64,000 nucleotides of DNA from contig OY762964.1 of assembly GCA_963667035.1 (NCBI GenBank), forward strand, positions 832,001-896,000. Reading direction: 5' to 3'. Shown piece after piece: positions 60,481 to 64,000 of this stretch; the stretch's first letter is position 1, and each line of letters starts with the position of its first letter. Below the pieces are notes generated by a model. That model saw nothing but the letters and a program-made list of their open reading frames with translations, made no database searches and was not told the DNA's origin. Origin of the DNA: Candidatus Cloacimonadales bacterium. Lineage in GTDB: Bacteria; Cloacimonadota; Cloacimonadia; Cloacimonadales; JAFGVF01. The position numbers and the translations under genes were made by a program.

Positions 60481-61740
60481 ATGAAAAGAATAATCACAAT
60501 CCTCTCTCTCATGTATCTATCTGCATTCCTAAATAGTGTTACTCTCAGTGAATGTCTCTCAAGTCTTAGGGATACAACACCCATCTCTGACCAACTTGTG
60601 CTTTATGAAAACCAGATGCATCTAACCAATGAGAAACTTAATGCCAATTATCTCCCATCTCTATATCTTACAGGCAATGCCTCCTGGAACAGTGAGATCA
60701 CGAAGATTGAGTTTGGCTCAGCTATTCCCGTCAATCCCCCTACTCCCGATAAAGACAGAGAAGGATTGGGTATTGAGCTCAGGCAAATGATTTGGGATGG
60801 TGGCATTACCTCTCTCTCTAAGAAAGCAAATAAATTGAACTCAGAGGCTAATGTATTAGAGAGCATTTCAAGAGTGCGAGCCCGTGAACAAGAAGCTGCA
60901 AGTATCTTTTTCAACATTGTCAATTTTACAGATACAATAGAGATTCTGGAGTTACAACGATCTAATCTAAACGCACGCTTATCGCAGACAGAGCAGTTAC
61001 ACCAAAACGGATTAAAAGAGATTTCAGATGTTAGATTAGTTCAATTGGATCTGCTTAAGTTAGACGGGGAAATAGTCAGTTTAAAAGTTAAAAAGCGGAC
61101 AGCCATCAGGAAGTTATCCCAGCTTACAAACCTGAATCTGATGTCGGAAACTGAATTCATCTTTCCTTTTTACTTTGAAAACAGTTCGCAGAAAGTTAAA
61201 TTATTTGAAATAGAACGCCTTGATGCCCTCATATCTCTCCAGAAGCTCAGTGCCAAGATGATAAACCGTAAACTATATCCCCAAATAACTGCTAAAGCAG
61301 ATTATAGTTATGGTAAACCGGGTTACAATATGTTTTCTACTGATTATCATGACTATTATAGTGCCGGTGTTGGACTTAGTTGGAAGCTCTGGGACTTCAA
61401 TCAGGTAGCAAAAGAGAAGCGAATTGCCCTGAATCAAGCAGAGATAATTTCAGCCACAAAAGATGACCTTCTTTTAACTATCGATCACCAACTGAAAACA
61501 ATTGATTCTGAGATCAGAAGTATTAATTATTTATTGGAATTATCTAATGAAAGAGTTGCTCTTTTAACTGAAATCGTCTCATCTTTCGAGCATAAATTCG
61601 AATCAGGTGTGATAACAACCTCAGATCTCTTAGTTCAATCAAACAATCTTATGAGTGCTCAGATAGAGCAACGACAATACAGAACCAATTTATCCGCTTT
61701 AGAGGTAAAGAAAATACTCACTTTAGGAGGCAAATTATGA
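60481..61740 (+). CDS. TolC-family outer membrane efflux protein
   Basis: Signal peptide, QMIWDGG, helical repeats, operon context. Confidence 0.8.
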   Translation: MKRIITILSLMYLSAFLNSVTLSECLSSLRDTTPISDQLVLYENQMHLTNEKLNANYLPSLYLTGNASWNSEITKIEFGSAIPVNPPTPDKDREGLGIELRQMIWDGGITSLSKKANKLNSEANVLESISRVRAREQEAASIFFNIVNFTDTIEILELQRSNLNARLSQTEQLHQNGLKEISDVRLVQLDLLKLDGEIVSLKVKKRTAIRKLSQLTNLNLMSETEFIFPFYFENSSQKVKLFEIERLDALISLQKLSAKMINRKLYPQITAKADYSYGKPGYNMFSTDYHDYYSAGVGLSWKLWDFNQVAKEKRIALNQAEIISATKDDLLLTIDHQLKTIDSEIRSINYLLELSNERVALLTEIVSSFEHKFESGVITTSDLLVQSNNLMSAQIEQRQYRTNLSALEVKKILTLGGKL

Positions 61741-62606
61741 AGAGACTTTTAATAATTATTATAGCTGTAGTACTGATGGGATGTACAATAAAGGATAACA
61801 GCGCTGCCTGGGGTAGCTTTGAAGCTGATGAGACTATTATCTCAGCCAGAGTGACCGGCACTATTACCCAATTGCTTTCCAGAGAAGGAATGAGCGTTAC
61901 CAAGGATGAACTAATCGCTGAGATTGATGCCACAGACCTGCTTCTTAGCAAGGCTGAATTAGAAAGCAATATCAAGATGTTAGACCTTAAGATTATCGCC
62001 TCAGGGCAGAAAAGCCAGCTTACAGAGACTGAGATTCAGAACCTCTCAGTTGAACAGAATAGATTCAAGGAGTTAGTTAAGCAACACGCTGCAACTCAGA
62101 AGCAGTTAGATGATATCGATGCACATTTTAGACTACTACAGCAGAAACTGGAACTCAACAAAACAGAAGCTAAGTTGGCTAAGGCCGAGAAACAGGTGGC
62201 AAACAAGAAACTCAATACGTTGGAAAGCAATATTGAGAAATGCCAGATTAAAGCTCCTACCACCGGCACTATCCTCACAACCTATGCCAATGAAGGTGAG
62301 TTTGTTGCAATGGGGAAGCCAATTGTTAAGCTTGCTGACATATCCACTCTGAAAGCTGTTTTTTTTATCTCAGAGACTCAGCTCACATCCTTGAAACTTG
62401 GACAGAAGATAAAGGTCAGGTTAGATAGTGGCGAGACAATGAAAAGCTATCCTGCAACTGTATCCTACATCAGCAGTAAATCAGAATTCACTCCAAAGGT
62501 TATCCAAACCCGTGAAGAGAGAGTGAAGTTGGTCTATAAAGTCGAAGCTCTCTGCAACAATGACGGTTCATTGAAGATTGGTATGCCAATCGAAATCATC
62601 TTTTAG
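61737..62606 (+). CDS. HlyD-family membrane fusion protein
   Basis: Lipobox-like LMGC, coiled coil, SEFTPKVIQT and LKIGMP motifs. Confidence 0.88.
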   Translation: MKRLLIIIIAVVLMGCTIKDNSAAWGSFEADETIISARVTGTITQLLSREGMSVTKDELIAEIDATDLLLSKAELESNIKMLDLKIIASGQKSQLTETEIQNLSVEQNRFKELVKQHAATQKQLDDIDAHFRLLQQKLELNKTEAKLAKAEKQVANKKLNTLESNIEKCQIKAPTTGTILTTYANEGEFVAMGKPIVKLADISTLKAVFFISETQLTSLKLGQKIKVRLDSGETMKSYPATVSYISSKSEFTPKVIQTREERVKLVYKVEALCNNDGSLKIGMPIEIIF

Positions 62607-62614
62607 GGGTATAG

Positions 62615-63538
62615 ATGCAACCCTTTATAATAGCAGAGAACATCACAAAGTCATACGGAAGTACCCGTGCTCTGAATGATATCTCTTTTGAAGTTAACAA
62701 GAATGAGATATTCGGGTTCATCGGTCCTGACGGAGCTGGCAAAAGTACGCTTTTTCAGATTATGACAACACTGCTTATACCCGATAATGGCACTGGTTCG
62801 ATTGACGGTCTCGACATTGCGAGAGATTACAAGAAGATCCGCTCTATGATTGGCTATATGCCCGGCAGATTCTCTCTGTATCAGGATCTTACAGTTGCAG
62901 AGAACCTCAATTTCTATGCCAATATCTTTGGAACTACTATTAAGGCTAATTATGACCTGATTAAGAATATCTATGATCTGCTTGAACCCTTCTCAAAACG
63001 CAGAGCAGGAGATCTATCCGGTGGCATGAAACAGAAGCTTGCCCTCTGTTGTGCCCTCATTCATCAACCAAAAGCACTCTTTCTCGATGAGCCGACAACG
63101 GGCGTCGATCCTGTTTCTCGTACTGAGTTCTGGGATAATCTTTCTCAAATAAAGCAACGGGATATTCCGATTGTGGTTTCAACACCGTATATGGATGAAG
63201 CTATCCGTTGTGACCGGGTCGCCTTGATACACAGGGGCAGGATACTTCAACTCGACACTCCTCAGAATATTATCAATTCATTCCCGGGGAAGGTATTCTC
63301 TTTGAGTGGAATAGATAAATATATCGCTAAAACTACTTTAAATAATCTCAGTGAAGTGTCTAGCATCTTTGCTTTTGGCGATGCCTTGCATATCACTATA
63401 CCACTTAAACATATCCAGGCAATTTCAAGAATTAAAACTGCATTGGATACGGTTTCAAGTGAATATACTTTGAAAGAAATAGAACCTGACTTCGAGGATT
63501 GTTTCTTGCAGTTAATGAAGGATAGTAACGATGTCTGA
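62615..63538 (+). CDS. ABC transporter ATP-binding protein (YbhF-like, first ATPase)
   Basis: GPDGAGKS, LSGGMKQKL and LDEPTTGVDP motifs. Confidence 0.92.
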   Translation: MQPFIIAENITKSYGSTRALNDISFEVNKNEIFGFIGPDGAGKSTLFQIMTTLLIPDNGTGSIDGLDIARDYKKIRSMIGYMPGRFSLYQDLTVAENLNFYANIFGTTIKANYDLIKNIYDLLEPFSKRRAGDLSGGMKQKLALCCALIHQPKALFLDEPTTGVDPVSRTEFWDNLSQIKQRDIPIVVSTPYMDEAIRCDRVALIHRGRILQLDTPQNIINSFPGKVFSLSGIDKYIAKTTLNNLSEVSSIFAFGDALHITIPLKHIQAISRIKTALDTVSSEYTLKEIEPDFEDCFLQLMKDSNDV

Positions 63539-64000
63539 TCCTATAATTAAAGTTGAAAACCTGACCCGTAAGTTTGGTGATTTCACAGCAGTGGACAGTA
63601 TCTCCTTCGAAGTCAGCAAAGGAGAAATCTTTGGTTTTCTTGGTGCCAACGGTGCAGGTAAAACCACAGCAATGCGTATCCTCTGCGGACTCCTCTCGCC
63701 TACTTCCGGCAAAGCAGATGTTTGTGGCTTTGATGTCTATCATCAGAGTGAGCAGATAAAGCTTAACATCGGCTATATGAGCCAGAAGTTCTCTCTGTTT
63801 GATGACCTGACAGTCTGGGAGAATATCAGTTTCTATGCCGGGATTTACAAGATGTCTAAACAGGAGATAAAGCTTGCAGGTGAAGAACTTTTAAACAAAC
63901 TGGAGCTAACCAAATACAAGAACAGGCTGATTAAGTCTCTCCCCCTCGGTTGGAAGCAGAAGCTCTCCTTTTCAATTGCCATTATCCACAAGCCCAAAGT
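63531..64000 (+). CDS. ABC transporter ATP-binding protein (second ATPase), cut off by the window end
   Basis: MSDPIIKVENLTRKFGDFTAVD..GFLGANGAGKTT..GYMSQKFSL; overlaps the previous stop. Confidence 0.9.
   Translation, partial: MSDPIIKVENLTRKFGDFTAVDSISFEVSKGEIFGFLGANGAGKTTAMRILCGLLSPTSGKADVCGFDVYHQSEQIKLNIGYMSQKFSLFDDLTVWENISFYAGIYKMSKQEIKLAGEELLNKLELTKYKNRLIKSLPLGWKQKLSFSIAIIHKPK

Overview
AT-rich bacterial chromosomal window. The secreted proteins with YPNPF(N/G)-type C-terminal Ig/sorting domains and the gene content suggest an FCB-group anaerobe such as Candidatus Cloacimonadota (inference). Most of it is housekeeping: gdhA, ileS, a 7TM-HD/ybeY/CBS cluster, gpmA, metK, purH, aspartate kinase, metG, xth, nth, and ABC and efflux operons. 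Accessory content: (1) a complete IS3-family element; (2) a sigma-54 module made of an activator, a palindromic enhancer, a -24/-12 promoter, a small ORF and a large secreted protein; (3) a RAYT-type HUH transposase embedded in 197-bp tandem REP units; (4) a 5.6-kb repeat hotspot (43.3-48.9 kb) holding three palindromic repeat families and a TPR-array/metallo-beta-lactamase-fold gene whose DNA-level near-identical repeats vary largely at predicted TPR ligand-groove positions; (5) three palindromic arrays with 11-bp phasing, one upstream of an uncharacterised 150-aa gene; (6) a SAM-II riboswitch with a terminator/antiterminator before metK; (7) an unexplained GC-rich structured element at 59.5 kb; (8) a 59-aa zinc-ribbon gene missing from the ORF track. 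I saw no tRNA, rRNA, CRISPR array or reverse transcriptase. All calls come from reading the sequence; no searches were run.
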